Assembly: GCF_036321535.1 (NCBI RefSeq)
Contig: NC_087437.1
Location: 11,968,001 to 12,032,000 of the forward strand
Direction of reading: 5' to 3'
From: Camelus dromedarius
Taxonomy: Eukaryota
Length of the DNA: 64,000 bases
Both the position numbers and the translations under genes were made by a program. The notes beneath the pieces were generated by a model. It did no database searches. It saw only the letters and a list, made by a program, of their open reading frames with translations, and had not been told where the DNA came from. Position 1 is the first letter of the stretch, and the number at the start of each line of letters is the position of its first letter. Below, piece by piece: positions 34,296 to 47,355 of this stretch.

Positions 34296-36187
34296 TATTT
34301 TTCCAAAAGTAAGTTTCATTTGATAGTGATGTTGACCTCTAGTAATTATATTCTTTTATGTGCTTTATTCCTTTGATATCAACTTGGGGTGAAAGATACC
34401 TGTTTACTTGGACATGTTTGGAGCCAAACTTTCAACAGTCATAATGTGGCAGTATTTTAGGCCACTAAAGGAATATTTTTAGACTCAAAGGAATGATGGT
34501 CTATGATGCAGACACATTTTTAAATATTATAAAGTGGAGAAATCCTGAAGGATAGCAAAGCAAGAGCACCATTGTTTTGACATTCTAATTATAAATACAT
34601 TAAACGTGGTGCAAAAAAATTATCAAACCATCAGTCTTGGCGATGGTTAAGTTAATTCAGTTTTTGAATTCCAATATTTCATCTGCGAAGTGTCAGCCAC
34701 TGGGTCTTGTTAATGGTAAGCCTTTCATTCCTGTTAAATCAATTGTAAATAATAGAACCCCTCAGAGAAAAATGATGAAATAAGCATTGATTTCCAAATT
34801 GGGTGTCAGATACAGAGCATTAATAAAACACATCACAGGCAAGCGAGTACCTAATATACTCTGATCACTGAAATAGTAATCAGAGGGGGAAAAAATCAAT
34901 GATTTTTGTGTAAGTTGCTAGTATTTTTACATTTCGTTTGTATCTATGTATCTTTTTATCAAATTTCTCATTTAAGGCCCTATGTGGTTATTTAATTTTT
35001 ATTTTCCTCCCCAGCAAAACCGGGTAGTTTTATGTGACATTAGATTTGTTTCTCCCTTCTTCTAAATAGGTGACAAGCATCTGGTCATGTCGTTTTTTAG
35101 TTGCCTGCCACCAGTGATTTTGTTGTGTTTAATGCAATACAATAATCATTTACAGCAAGTCACATAAAACACTGCAGAAAAATGTAACAGCTCCAATAAA
35201 ACTTTTAAGGAAAATAAAGCTCTCTAGCAGGTGTCCATAAAAGTGCTTTATGCCCACAAACTCTATTAAATGTTAATACCAGTGTCCTGTGAATGTCACA
35301 TAAGGGGTCTGTTTGAAAGGAAAATGTGTCTGTGAGACTGTGTTGATTCTCCAGGAAAGGAGGTTGGAAGGGCGAAGCCATGCTCTCCATCAGACTGAAA
35401 TATGGAAGCCGTCAGGGGCTCTACTCATTGTATATTTTGTGAAGGGCTAGTTTGAGGGAAAGTACGTAAATTTTTTTAAGTCATACATGGGACAAGGGTA
35501 GAAATACCGAGGGCACAACTTTCAAAAGAGCATCCCCCAAATTCTCAGAGTTAAAGAGCACAATTTTTTTTTTCTAGTGCTGGTCTCTAAAGCTAAAATA
35601 GCAGCAACATAGTGACAGTAGATTTGGGCTTGATTTTCCTGTTTCAGTGCTGTTTCCTCACATGGTATGGCTGCTTGCATTCTGACTCTTAGTCTTTTGT
35701 GTTTGCATTTTTATTTCTGTGTTTCTTTACAAAACTCCCTTGTCAAGTTATTCACATAGTTTGGACTGATGTCAGTGGTTAAACACAACTGAGTGGGATC
35801 TAATGTAGTCTTTGACCTCAGTGACGGGCTAACTAACTCTTTGTAGGAACCCCATTTTGAAGAGCAGATGAAATCCCAAGGGCCACTGCAAAATTAGAAA
35901 TAGAAGCTATTACTCACAAGAAAGAAAATATTACAAGCTGAATACAAGATGTGAAGCGACTGTCAATGTAAACAGCAGACTTACAGAGTAAGGGGAACTT
36001 AGGATCTGTCTTCTTTTCCCCAGACCCACACAGAGACCAGCTGCTCTGTATTCAAAAGAGGAAAATGGAATGGTTACAGGATTTAAATTATACCAGGTGG
36101 ACTGTTTGAAGGATACAGGAAAGTTTAGCTGGGAGTAGAGATGGCTCAGACTCAGGGAATCTACCAGCTGGTTAAGATCTATTATAT

Positions 36188-36317
36188 TAGGATGACCATA
36201 TAATTAATTTTCCGAAGGGGGCAACTTTGAGAATAAAAGAGAGGTAGTATTAATGATTAGGTGGAAGCCTTCATGCACAAGGACTGCACTGGGAAAACAG
36301 GTTGTGTGGTCATCCTA
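36188..36317. mobile_element. MER81-like (hAT-Blackjack) MITE
   Basis: Perfect 11-bp inverted termini 'taggatgacca' / 'tggtcatccta'. Confidence 0.75.
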
Positions 36318-36319
36318 AT

Positions 36320-36435
36320 TTTATTTATTTATTTATTTACCCTCTTTTTCCCCCTTAACAGAGACACTGGGGATTGAACCCATGACCTTTAAATGCCAAG
36401 CACGTGCTCTACCACTGAGCTATACACTACCCCCC
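36320..36435 (-). mobile_element. tRNA-Ala-derived SINE (Vic-1-like)
   Basis: 'ctggggattgaaccca...gctctaccactgagctata' with a (TTTA)n tail. Confidence 0.85.
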
Positions 36436-38640
36436 ATCACCTTAATTTTAAAAAAGAAGAGTTTGACTGCTGGCCTCAAAGGATTCAAGTAGCTACATAA
36501 GAGAGAGACAGGCAGACATTGGATTGCTAGGTGAGGAAGGCATTTGTAAGGAACTGGTGTGTGTGTGTGTGTCACACTGAGTATGATATGAATGCCTGCC
36601 TTTGGGAATTGACAGTTGATCAACTGAAGTTGCTCAAATGAGATTTGTGAGGCCATTTAACAAGTTCACTTTAGTGGGGATTTGAAGATCAGAATTATGG
36701 TTGGACTGTATGAACTTGATGTTGTTGCAAACCTTGAGCATCTGTGGCTCTAAATTGTAAATGAAGTCCCATGGAGAGCTGTGCATTCTAATGCAAGTTG
36801 TTTTAAGATCCAGGCATAGAACTGAATTCTGGAATGAGTACAGGCTAGCATGGCTTAGGGTAGGTCTAAATCACAACATCAGAATGGACCTCAGTTTGGG
36901 TCAAAAATGAGCTGGGCAGAAATCTCAGGATTGTAATTTTGGGTAGCAGGACCTGGCATTAGGACCACTAAACTAGAATTGGGTAGGACACGGAATTAAG
37001 GCATAGATTGGAGACCTTGGGACATGAAGCAACATTCTCTCTGAAGCAAGGTCTGCAATCCCTAGGAAGCTCTTCCACTTGGACTTTTGAGAAGCCAGAC
37101 TGCTGTTTCGAATAACCCATCTGAACTTCTCTTCAATGAAGTATCATCTGTGCATTTAATCTAAGCAATGTGAGCTATATAGATATGTATTAAGTAGTAC
37201 TATAGAACTGTCCTCTGTATTTGTATTTTAAATGCCAAACTGTACTTTATAGAGTTAGGGGATTTTCAAGGGTGATTTTAGTTTTGTGATTTTAGCCTCA
37301 TTTACTGACCTCGATTCGAACCCCTAGGCTAGGGCACACCTGACTGTTATCTAGCCAACAACTCCTTTTCTTCCAGCTCAAGCCTCTTTGAGCCATGGCT
37401 AAGCCTGGGCAACCCTGTCTTAGCTCTGGTGTCACTTCTTCTCTGCAAGGCAGATTTTAGCATCAAAATATCCCTGGCTTTACTGTCCTCCATTTGTCAC
37501 TTGGGTAGATCTGGCTTCTCTATTTAGACTGCACACCCCTTGCTGGAGGGACTGAGTCACTCATCTCATTGCAGTCAGCGTGGTACACCCTGTGGACCAT
37601 AATTCAGTTGAGCTGGGCTCACCTGATCCTTAATTGAGACGAGGGGCTTGCAGGAGCCTCATGATGTTTGACTTCCCAGGTGAAAGTATCTGTAGCTGAA
37701 ATCCGCTATTATTAGGGCAGCCTGATCCATGTAGAAAGGTTAAAGATGTCTGTAAAAGGCAGTAACGGAAAGGAGACACCCTGTTTGTTAAATTTATTTT
37801 AGGCTGCTATCCTGTGTGTATGTACATCATATATAGACCGTGTACTCACAAGAGATTTCTAATTACTTCTTACATGTTCTCTCTCCCTTTGGGAATTTTG
37901 CATATAAGCTAGTTGATTTCATAGTTATGCATTCATATTTGAGATTCAGATTTTACATAAAATATAGTATTAATAGCTTGAAAAGTATTCCAGTCTTCCT
38001 CACCTAAGAACCATAGACCTCTGTTTCTCTAATTCCTGCTTTTTCAGATTAACACCATCAAGGCATGAAAATTGGTGTATTGTGAACACCTACATGTTCT
38101 GGTTTCCTGGCTAAGGACCATCAATTACAAAATAGTCTGTGCATAAAGGGATTGCAAAAGGATTTAGAGTCGGATTCCATTTGTGAACTGGTATGCGTGA
38201 GGGGAAGATGAGGTAGGGGAAAAACTTTAAGGGAAGGAAAAAGAGACAAAAGTACACTTCTAATACAATGAAAAAAATCTCCTTACAGGCTGTCATCTCA
38301 GAGTAAGGTTTATACATGTAATGTATTGGAAAGTAAGTTTTGGCTGAGGTCAACCTCTTGTAGAGCATCTCCGTAGTGTACTAGCTGAGCAGTGCTTCAT
38401 GACCGTGCCTGCTGGAGCTCACTTCTTTTAAGTTCCCTCCATCCTTAGTGTTAGATTAGTAACTGCACCTTCTTTGAAGTTTAGCACTGTTTTAGGAGGG
38501 GATGTCTTGGTTATGCTTCTGTATAATATTTATTTAAATGGCTGGTAGGCACTTAACTAGGAGACACTGCAGCAACCGAACAGTAGATTATTTTCACTTA
38601 CTGGAATGAAAGAATATGATAGGCAAGGCATAATCTTGCT

Positions 38641-38673
38641 TGGAATAATCGTGGGATAATCCTGGAATAATCT
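38641..38673. repeat. 3 x 11-bp tandem repeat
   Basis: tggaataatcg / tgggataatcc / tggaataatct. Confidence 0.85.
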
Positions 38674-40311
38674 AGCAACTCGCACCACTGCTACTTCTAG
38701 CAGCGCTGCTCAGGATAAGGACTGACTCTATATTGTGAATCTTGGGGTTGGCAACATGTTTTTTTTTTTTCAGTCTTTGCCCTGGGACAGACCCCTGCTG
38801 CTGGCCACTTGTGAGGACATCACTGACTTGTACAGCCGGGCATGGTTGGGCCCTGCCAGCAATGGACTGACTGTAGCATTACTAGCCCTCTTTCCCCGAA
38901 AGAGCAAGTTGACCACCTTGGGGTGGGTGCAGAACAGTTGAGAGTGAGGCAGGGTACCTCCAACAGGTTTTATCTGGAGTTTGGCCCCGAGGTACTGTGT
39001 CATCGGCCGGCACATCAGCATTGTTTGAGTGCCTGTGGTATACAGGCACTTGTTGGATACTGTTATGATTCCATCACACTCAGTGACTAACCTACCGTGG
39101 GTCTTCATTTTGGAGATAAGAACTGTTTCCACCTGGTTGGGTGGAAATACTGGAATAGTCAGATATGACCCTTTCCACAGATCCTGAAACCTGAAAGATA
39201 AGGATAAGAAATTCTTTTTCAAAGCATGGTAGTAATAACAAGGATAAGGGTAACAGCAAACACTTGGGTAGTCTAGGGTACATGCTAAGCGAGTATTTCT
39301 TATGTTTTGGTTTGACAAACACGCACCACAACCCTGTGAGAAACGAGGCCAGAAAGGGAAAGTAACTTACACAGGTATTAGTGGTGGGGCTGGAATGTGA
39401 ATCCAGGCAATCCCAAGCCTTTTTTTTTTTTTCTTTTAACAAAAAAAGACAAAAACAATCCTCATAGGGGTTAAAAGCTAAGGCTCTGTGATCGGCCCAC
39501 GTTGGACTTTACTGCTGGCAATCTAATGCTTAACACTCGTTTGTGTGTGTGTGTGTGTTTTATCTGTACAATGAGGGTAGTAAGTAATAGAATCCAACCT
39601 GAACATTATTTGGGAGTTGTGATATCCCTGGTGTATATTAAGTGCTCAGTTGATACTAGTGTAGTATTATTTATAATGATGGAAATGAAAGGTTATTGAT
39701 TGAAGGGTAGAAAATGGTCTGGTATTTTGTAGGTCATGGGCACAGATGACAGCAGGATTGTAGATTGGGAGAGCTGACAGGTGCCAGAATTCTTGTTTCA
39801 GCAGATGTGGTTTAATCTGCCTCGTAGGGATCCCATGGCAGGAGTGTGGTCAGAAGCCTCGCCTCAGGCCTCTGGTTCAGCTTCCTTCTTCTTTAGCACA
39901 TTTTTAGCAAGCTCACCCCACTTTACAGTTGACAGTCCTGGATCTTATTTAATGGGAAAACAGCAACTGTCAGACTGATTTCCTCTCGATAAGATTGTGT
40001 ATTTCCTTCTCTAATTGGATAATAGAATTACAGAGAATTTTGCAAATAGAAGAGGGGATGATCAGCTGAGGGCAAGGAGGGAGAGCAGACAGTCCAACCC
40101 ACCCATCAGGAGCCTGGGAGCTTCCCTCTCTTTCCTTGGTTTTTACTTCCTTTCTGCTCACTGCTGGTGGGAGTGCTATCACACAAACCATCGTTTTTTA
40201 GTAGTTTTGCTTCCTTTGACTAATTCTTCCTGGGGCAGTCGAAATTCACTAAAAGAGAGTTAACTTCATGCATTCAAATCTGTTTTTTGTGTGTGTGTGT
40301 GTTGGTGGAGT

Positions 40312-40430
40312 GGAGAGGGAAATAGCTCAGTGGTAGAACACACGCGTAGCATGCACCAGATCCTGGGTTCAATCCCCAGCACCTCTGCTAAAATAAGTAA
40401 ATAATATTTTTTAAAAAGAGAATTTTAAAA
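40312..40430 (+). mobile_element. tRNA-Ala-derived SINE (Vic-1-like)
   Basis: 'atagctcagtggtagaac...tagcatgca...cctgggttcaatccccagcacctc' with an A-rich tail. Confidence 0.88.
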
Positions 40431-40933
40431 AATCTTGGTTTTTCATTGGTGGATTAAAACAGGAGAGAAAGATCAAGATTTTTGGAAAATCCATGTTTTT
40501 TTCAGCCTCTGATGATTGCCATGCTTACATTTTTTTATTATCTTAGGTTTGTTAAAGAGGTGAAAATCAGATCAGGAAATAACAGGAGCAAATCATAATT
40601 TGACTATTGCCAAAGAAATTTTTATGTTGATGAAGTTCAATGGTACAAGTTTACAATTTTGGTGCTTCTCAAATCTTCATAGGAAACATTTGCTTAGAAT
40701 ATTTTATTTTTTTCTGTATCTACTACTAGTGTTTGGGTAGTGTCTCTCCCTTTCTCCCCTCTCCAAATGTATTTAGTTAGTTACCTCTTATTATATATAT
40801 GTATATGCACGTGTGTGTACATACACATATTTTGAATAAGGATACAACTTCTAATTTTTAGAGGGTTTAATTTTTTAATATGTGGTCCAAGATATAAAAA
40901 GAGATCTTGAAATAAGAAAAGTTTCATATTATT

Positions 40934-41071
40934 TTTTTCTTTATTTTTTCTGGGGTGGGGGGAGGTAATTTATTTTATTGATTTATTTTTAGAGGAGATA
41001 CTGGGGATTGAACCCAGGACCTTGTGCATGCTAAGCACACGCTCTACCACTTGAGCTATACCCTCCCGCCC
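40934..41071 (-). mobile_element. tRNA-Ala-derived SINE (Vic-1-like)
   Basis: 'ctggggattgaacccaggacc...catgctaagca...gagctataccctccc'. TSD 'tttcatattatt' (40922-40933) / 'tttcatgttatt' (41076-41087). Confidence 0.9.
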
Positions 41072-41904
41072 AACATTTCATGTTATTAAGAGGATTGTTG
41101 AGAATTTTGGCAGATTGTTCAAAGAAATTACCTTCAGACCACAAGTAAGAATGTAAATTAAAAAAAAAAAAAGAGGAATCTGAACTCAAAAGAGCTTCCT
41201 GGATTGCCATGAAAGAGAACTTAATAATAAATGTTTGTGTAGCACCTTCAGTATTATCATGAGATCAGCAGTGCACAGTAATTACATTTATAACAGCTCT
41301 ACGTTACTAGATGAAAATAGCAAAGAATTCAGGCAACTTAGGAGTAATTAGGGTTTACTTCTGTTTGTCTTCATGTGGATGCACACTGTTCATTCCTTAG
41401 CGGTTATACTTCCTCTGCAGTCTCACAGCGCTGGTCCTTGGCAGCTGCCTCTCTGGTGCTGACCGTGGCCGTCCCAGGCAAGCTGTGATGACCCTTCTCT
41501 CCTCCCAGCTGATACTGGGCCTCGCCCTGCGTGTTTCTCACCTGTCGAGCCCCTGGCCGCGGCTGGTGTTGCAGTTCCTTAGCTTGGTCTCTCCCAGTTA
41601 CCGGAGGGGAGCTCTGGGAACCTCGGGACCCACTTTCACGCTGATCGTGTCTCAGGCTCTCTGAGGATCTGGGCTGGTGTTTCGTGGGCAGCCCCGTGGA
41701 GAAATGGGATTTTGCCATCTTTCTGAATGACTGTAGCCTTGAAATGTGGGGCCCCAGAGGATGTAGAAAAACCTGGCTGAACAGAAAAACACAGAGATCT
41801 GAGAAATATCTGGCCTTACACCAGATCCCAAAGAGAGGGGTCTCTGTTCTGTCTTTTCCTGGCGGGCAGTTGTTTGTGTGGGTGTTTTTTCTACGGCATG
41901 TGCA

Positions 41905-42140
41905 GTACTGCTTGATGGTGATGGAGCCTCCAGAGTCTGACAGATGCAGTTCAGTGAGGGTTCACTTACCAGCTGCGTGACCTTGGACGAAGGACTGAAC
42001 TTGCTAAACTTCTATTTCTTCATCTGTAAAATGGGGCTAATAAGGAGTGTTTTTGGATGGATGCCCTTCAGCAGGCTCAGTGAACTACGGCTTCACCCTT
42101 GTGAGTAAAGTAGCGCCCAGGTTAACATGCACGTGGAAAA
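41905..42140 (+). mobile_element. MIR SINE
   Basis: 'cacttaccagctgcgtgaccttgg...tttcttcatctgtaaaatgggg'. Confidence 0.7.
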
Positions 42141-42394
42141 GCTCAGTACATTTCAGTCTGTCTGCAAAGTTGTGTCCAATATAGCACATGAAATTGGATT
42201 TTAAGCAAATGAAGTCCTGAATGTAAAAATGTCATCCTACCAAGGACTGGAAATTTTAATTTTCAGTGATATTGCATGTAACTGTGACTTTGAAGTTTCT
42301 ATCTGCTCGTCTTTCTAGCTTTCATTTAGATCCTTCTCAAAGTGAGACTCTGTTTCAGTCATGCTAGAGGTGGTATATGGTGGGTACCAGTTAA

Positions 42395-42615
42395 CACCAT
42401 GGGTTCTGGAGCTCAGAATTCCTGCACTTGAATCATGTCTGTCCATTTACTGGCTGAGCAGCCTTGGGCAAGGCACTCAGTCTGGTTGTGTTTCAGTTCT
42501 TCCATCTCCCCAGTGAGGAATAACAACAGCTCCCTTATAGGTGAGTTGTGGGTATTATGAGATACTATTTTAAGTATTTATATGCATTTCTCAGCCTATG
42601 GCAAACAGTAAATAT
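42395..42615 (+). mobile_element. MIR SINE
   Basis: 'ccatttactggctgagcagccttgggcaag...ttatgagata'. Confidence 0.65.
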
Positions 42616-44909
42616 TACCCACTCCATTCCTGTAAGCATATTGTTTATTCTAATGAACCTAAGGCTAAACATTGGCATTAATAGTGAAAAAAGGCTAAAC
42701 GAACAGACTCAGGGGTACTAAAGAAAAGTCTAACCTTTTTCTGGCCTATGAGAAATGGAGACCAAAGCCGTTGAACTTTCTAGAATAGGCAAGTGGAGAA
42801 GAATTAAAGACAAACTTCTACCTGCTCACCTGCAGAGGATGGTGGAGAACAGCACCTCCCAGGCTGCCCACAGCTGGGTGCACACCTGTAAGGCTGAGAT
42901 TTCCTGAGAGATGCACCCACGGAAGTAGGTGAGATGGTGGCTGAGAACTTGCCATAGGGGATCGCTGGCATGAAGGGGTAGAGGGCTGCCAAGAAGACTA
43001 GTCCCAGGCCCAGTGGCAGCCCAGCTAGACCTCTGAGGGAGCCAAGGTGAGGGAGTAAGAACCTGAGGGGACACAAATGGATGAAGCTATCCCTGCACAT
43101 CAGTAGGGCTAGAAGTAGCCAAATAGACCAGGACATGGTCCCCAAGGAGCCTGACTCATCCACCCTGTGACAGGTAGAAAGTGACACGGCTTCTCCAGTT
43201 CACTGAATGCCCCCTTAGAAAAAAAGAAGAACATGGGTGGTCTTCCTAACCCTACACCTGGTACTCTCCTAGGGAGAAACTAGGCTGGAGGTGGATGGAT
43301 GAGGGTGCTCTGAGAGATGATATATTACTGTAGGGTGGAGCTGAAGACTATCCTTGGGACTGGCTAAAACTCACTCTGATTGATGATACAAACTGGTCAA
43401 TTACTTCTCTTCACTAACTAGAGGGAGGGGACTTATGGAGGAGGCTGGGTTAATTGAGATTTAAGATATGTTCTCTTCATTTTTTTGACTTGTGAATTAA
43501 ATTTTGCAACATCAGCCAATAGGCAAGCTATGTGCTTCCCATGAATTTTTCAGTAAGCATTTTCCAGGGAAAATAACCAAAACACATCCATTTTCTTCTC
43601 TGAGGAGTTGGTGATCCCCCAAATCAAGGGAATATGACTTTGCCAAAACTTTACAGAGAAAATTCCTGAAAGTGCTTTCTTATCTATAAAAGGAAGGGGC
43701 AGTAGTTAACGTCTGTATATTTTTCCAGTTTGTATTCATGTATAATATGTGCCATTAAGGAAATATAAAAGATGCATACCCGAAACACAGTTGATGACCT
43801 AATGCAACACGGAGTCAGATGTTAGAGATCTGAGGCTTTCTCTGGGCTATGATGATGTGAGTGACCTTGTGGCAGTTGCTTTTTGTCCAGGATGGCATTC
43901 TCTGTCTTCAGAGTGATCACACTCAGAGTTGCTGATTCCAGAGAGTTCTGCGTGTTTTCGTTGCCACACACATATAACACCAGGGTGACATTTAGTTAGC
44001 AAGCCAGAATCTCTTCCATATCTACCGGAAGGGAGATCCTTTGAGCTCTAACAGTGGGACACCTGCTTAATGACAGTTTTACAAAGGTTTCCCACCAATC
44101 ACATGGGGTTAATTTGCACCTGAACCACGTTAAACCATTTGCTGTCCTGACCTTGACAAACATCAGGGTGGTCTCTGGGAGAGATACAGTTTCAAGAAGG
44201 ATAGTATTTATTTGTGGTTGCCCAGATTTGGAGGAATAAAACGAACACTTGGAAGGGGTTGCCTAATCTTCATTAAATGTGCAAGATGATATTCATAGCT
44301 TTAATTTTTTGACCACCCACTCTGTGCAAGGTATTTTGAGACAGAGATTAACATAGTAGGGCTTTTTACCCCAAATATGTTCCCCTAGTGAAATAAAAAT
44401 ACTTACATACATAAAATTGCTTTTCTGCATGTAGTCATGTGCATTTTCTAGGAAGAATGTTTATAGCACTTTCATTGGCTTTTCAAACAAACCAGTGACT
44501 TCAAAAGGACAAGAACAATTGTAGTTTTAGTCTACTTAATGTAAGCCTATGCTTTTTGATGATAATTATTCAGAAAGTTCCGTGACTTAGCTACTCAGTC
44601 TGCTTTTGGCTAGCGATGATAAAATTATATCAATAAGAAGGAGAATTCAATTATTTAGCGTATTTGTAGAGTAACCAAAGCATGTTAAGTATGTGTTAGA
44701 TGCCAGAGAAACAAAGAAGATGAAGTACGTGCCATTATGGAAACCAGCATCTAATGAGAACAAAGCAAAATGGTACAAATTGTAGCAGAGGTTTGAGCTA
44801 CAAGTGTGAGACAAAGAACAGAGTTGGTGAAGCTTCTCAGAGGACTGTCACTTGAGCTGAAGGACAAATAGATGCTTGTTTTCCTTTTTTGTTCATCTAG
44901 GGAGATGTA

Positions 44910-46077
44910 CGGGCACTCCTCGCTTTGTTGCGCTTCACAGATACCATGTTTTTCACAAATTGAGGGTTTGTGGCAACCCTGCATTAAGGAAGACTCTCGC
45001 CCCATTATTCCAACAGTATTTGCTCACTTCGTGTTTCTGTGTCACATTTTGGTAATTCTTGTGATATTTCAAACCTTCCCATTATTATTATATTTGTTGA
45101 GGTGATCTGTGATCAGTGAGCTTTGATGTTCTATTGTAATTGTTTTGGGTTACTATGAACCATGTCCATGTGACAGTGAACTTATTATTTAAGAAAGCTG
45201 CCATGAACAATGATTCTTCTGATGGATCTGAGCAAGTAAGTTGAAAAACTTCTGGAAAGGATTCACCATTCTGATGCCATTAAGAACATTTGTGATTCAT
45301 GGGAAGAGATCAAAATATCAACATGAACAGGAGTTTGGAAGAAGTTTATTCCAGTCCTTATGGGTGGCTGGGAGGGGTTCAAGACCTCTTGGAGGAGGTA
45401 ACTGCAGATGTGGTGGGAATAGCAAGTGAACTAGAAGTGGAGCTTCAAGGTGTGACTGAGTTACTGCAACCTCATGATACAATTTGAGCAGGTGAGGAGC
45501 TGCTGCTTATGGATGAGCAGAAAAAGTGGTTTCTTGAGATAGAATCTACTCCTGGTGAAGATACTGTGGTTGTTGAAATGACAACAAAAGATTTAGAATA
45601 TTAAATAAACTTAGTTGATAAGGCAGCAGGGTTTGAGAGGATTGACTTCGATTTTGAAGGAGTTCGACTATGGGTAAAATGCTGTTAAACAGCTTTGCAT
45701 GCTACTGAGAGATCTTTCAAGGAAGAGTCAAGCAATGTGGCAAGCATCACCATCTTGTGTTGTTGCCCCGGCCACCCCAACCTTCAGCAACCAGCACCCT
45801 CATCAGTCAGCAGCCATCAATGTGGAGACAAGACCCTCCACCTGCCAATTATGACTTGCTGAGTGTTCAGATGATAGGTAGCATTTTTTAGCAATAAAAT
45901 ATTTTTAAGTTAAGGTATGTGCATTGCTTTTTTAGACATAATGCTATTGCACACTGAATAAACTACAATATAGTGTAAACATAATTTTCATATGCACTAT
46001 GAAACCAGAAAATCTGTGTGATTCACTTCATTGAGGTGCTCTGAAACTGAATCTTCCCTACCTCCGAGATATGCCTG
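44910..46077 (+). mobile_element. Tigger1 DNA transposon, internally deleted
   Basis: TA flanks, termini 'cgggcactcctcg' / 'cgagatatgcctg', decayed transposase remnant (KNFWKGFTIL, LEEVTADVVGIA). Deletion junction near 45180. Confidence 0.9.
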
Positions 46078-46396
46078 TACTTAATTTACCTACTTGCTTT
46101 ACAGAGTTATATACAATAAAAATAAATCATAGAATCCCCTTTGTAACACTTAGGAAAGTAAAGCTGACTGTTGATGACCAGGTGACATGAGAAATGCTTT
46201 CATAAAAATTATTGGATTGACTCAACCATGTATGATAAAGGAACTGAAGCTTGGAATCTTGTGGACTAATATTACACAGCTAAGTCATCAAACAAGTGGA
46301 GTAAAAGTTGATTTGATCAGTCTCTTTAGATTATAGATATAGATTTGGGATCGCATTTTTTTACAAACCGCTTCTTAATCATCCTGAGGTCTGGAT

Positions 46397-46548
46397 TAGT
46401 GGTTCTCAAACTTTTGTGCCCACCAGAATCACCTGGATGGCTCATGAAAACAGACTGCTGGGTTCTACCCCCAGAATTTTTGATTTAGTAGGACTGGGGT
46501 GGAGCCCTAGAATTTTGGTCCACAGGCCACGCTTTGAGAACCAGGACT
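46397..46548. mobile_element. MER5A-family hAT element
   Basis: 'agtggttctcaaactt...cagaatcacctgga...ccacgctttgagaacca'. Confidence 0.8.
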
Positions 46549-46702
46549 ATAGATTAAAAAAGGCTTATTTGCCTAAGTGTTAATGTTTAAAATGTGCTCA
46601 TGGATTAATGCAAATTTACATCTTTTTTTTTCCCCATAAACCAGTTAGCTCTATCCTACTTCCTCCCCAAAGTTGGGTCTTTCAAAGGAAACAGCGAGCC
46701 CT

Positions 46703-47355
46703 TTAGGATGGCTATTGTAAAATACGCAGAAATCTGTAAGTGTTGGTGAGAATGGCGAGAAATTGGAATCCTTGTGCATTGCTGTGTATCTGCAGTGGAA
46801 GACGGTATGGTAGTTCAGCAAAAAAAATGAAACATAGAATTAAAATGTGATCCAGCATTTCGACACCTAGGTATGTGCCCTAAATAATTGAAATCAGGGA
46901 CTCAAACAGGTATTTATACACCTATGTTCTTAAGAGCAATATTCACGATGACCAGAAGGTGGAAGCAATTAAAATATCCATGGATGGACAAATGGGTGAA
47001 CAAAATGTTCCATGTACATACAATGGAATATTATTCAGCCTTAAATGGGAATACAATTCTGTAACCTGCTACAAGGATGAACCTTGAGGACAACATACTA
47101 AGTGAAATAAGCCAGACTCAAGAGGACAAATATTGCATGATTCCACTTATATGAGGTAGTGGGTACCAGGGCTGTGGGAGGAGAAATGGGGACTTATAAT
47201 TTAATGGGCACATAGTTCTGGTTTAGGATGATAAAGTTCAGCAGATGGGTAGTCGTGATGGTTGTACAACATAGTGAATGTGCTTAAGTCACTGAACTGT
47301 ACACTTAAAAACGTTACCGTTAATCAATTTTGTTGTGCGCATTTTCCTACAGTGG
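46703..47355 (+). mobile_element. L1MB-like 3' end
   Basis: 'catacaatggaatattattcagccttaa', 'ctaagtgaaataagccag', 'cactgaactgtacacttaaaa'. Confidence 0.88.

Noticed and set aside
38770..39318. 182-aa minus-strand ORF
   Set aside because: No domain similarity or splice structure, and a non-ATG start.
45241..45487. Transposase-like ORFs
   Set aside because: Broken frames in an internally deleted Tigger1; not an intact or domesticated gene.
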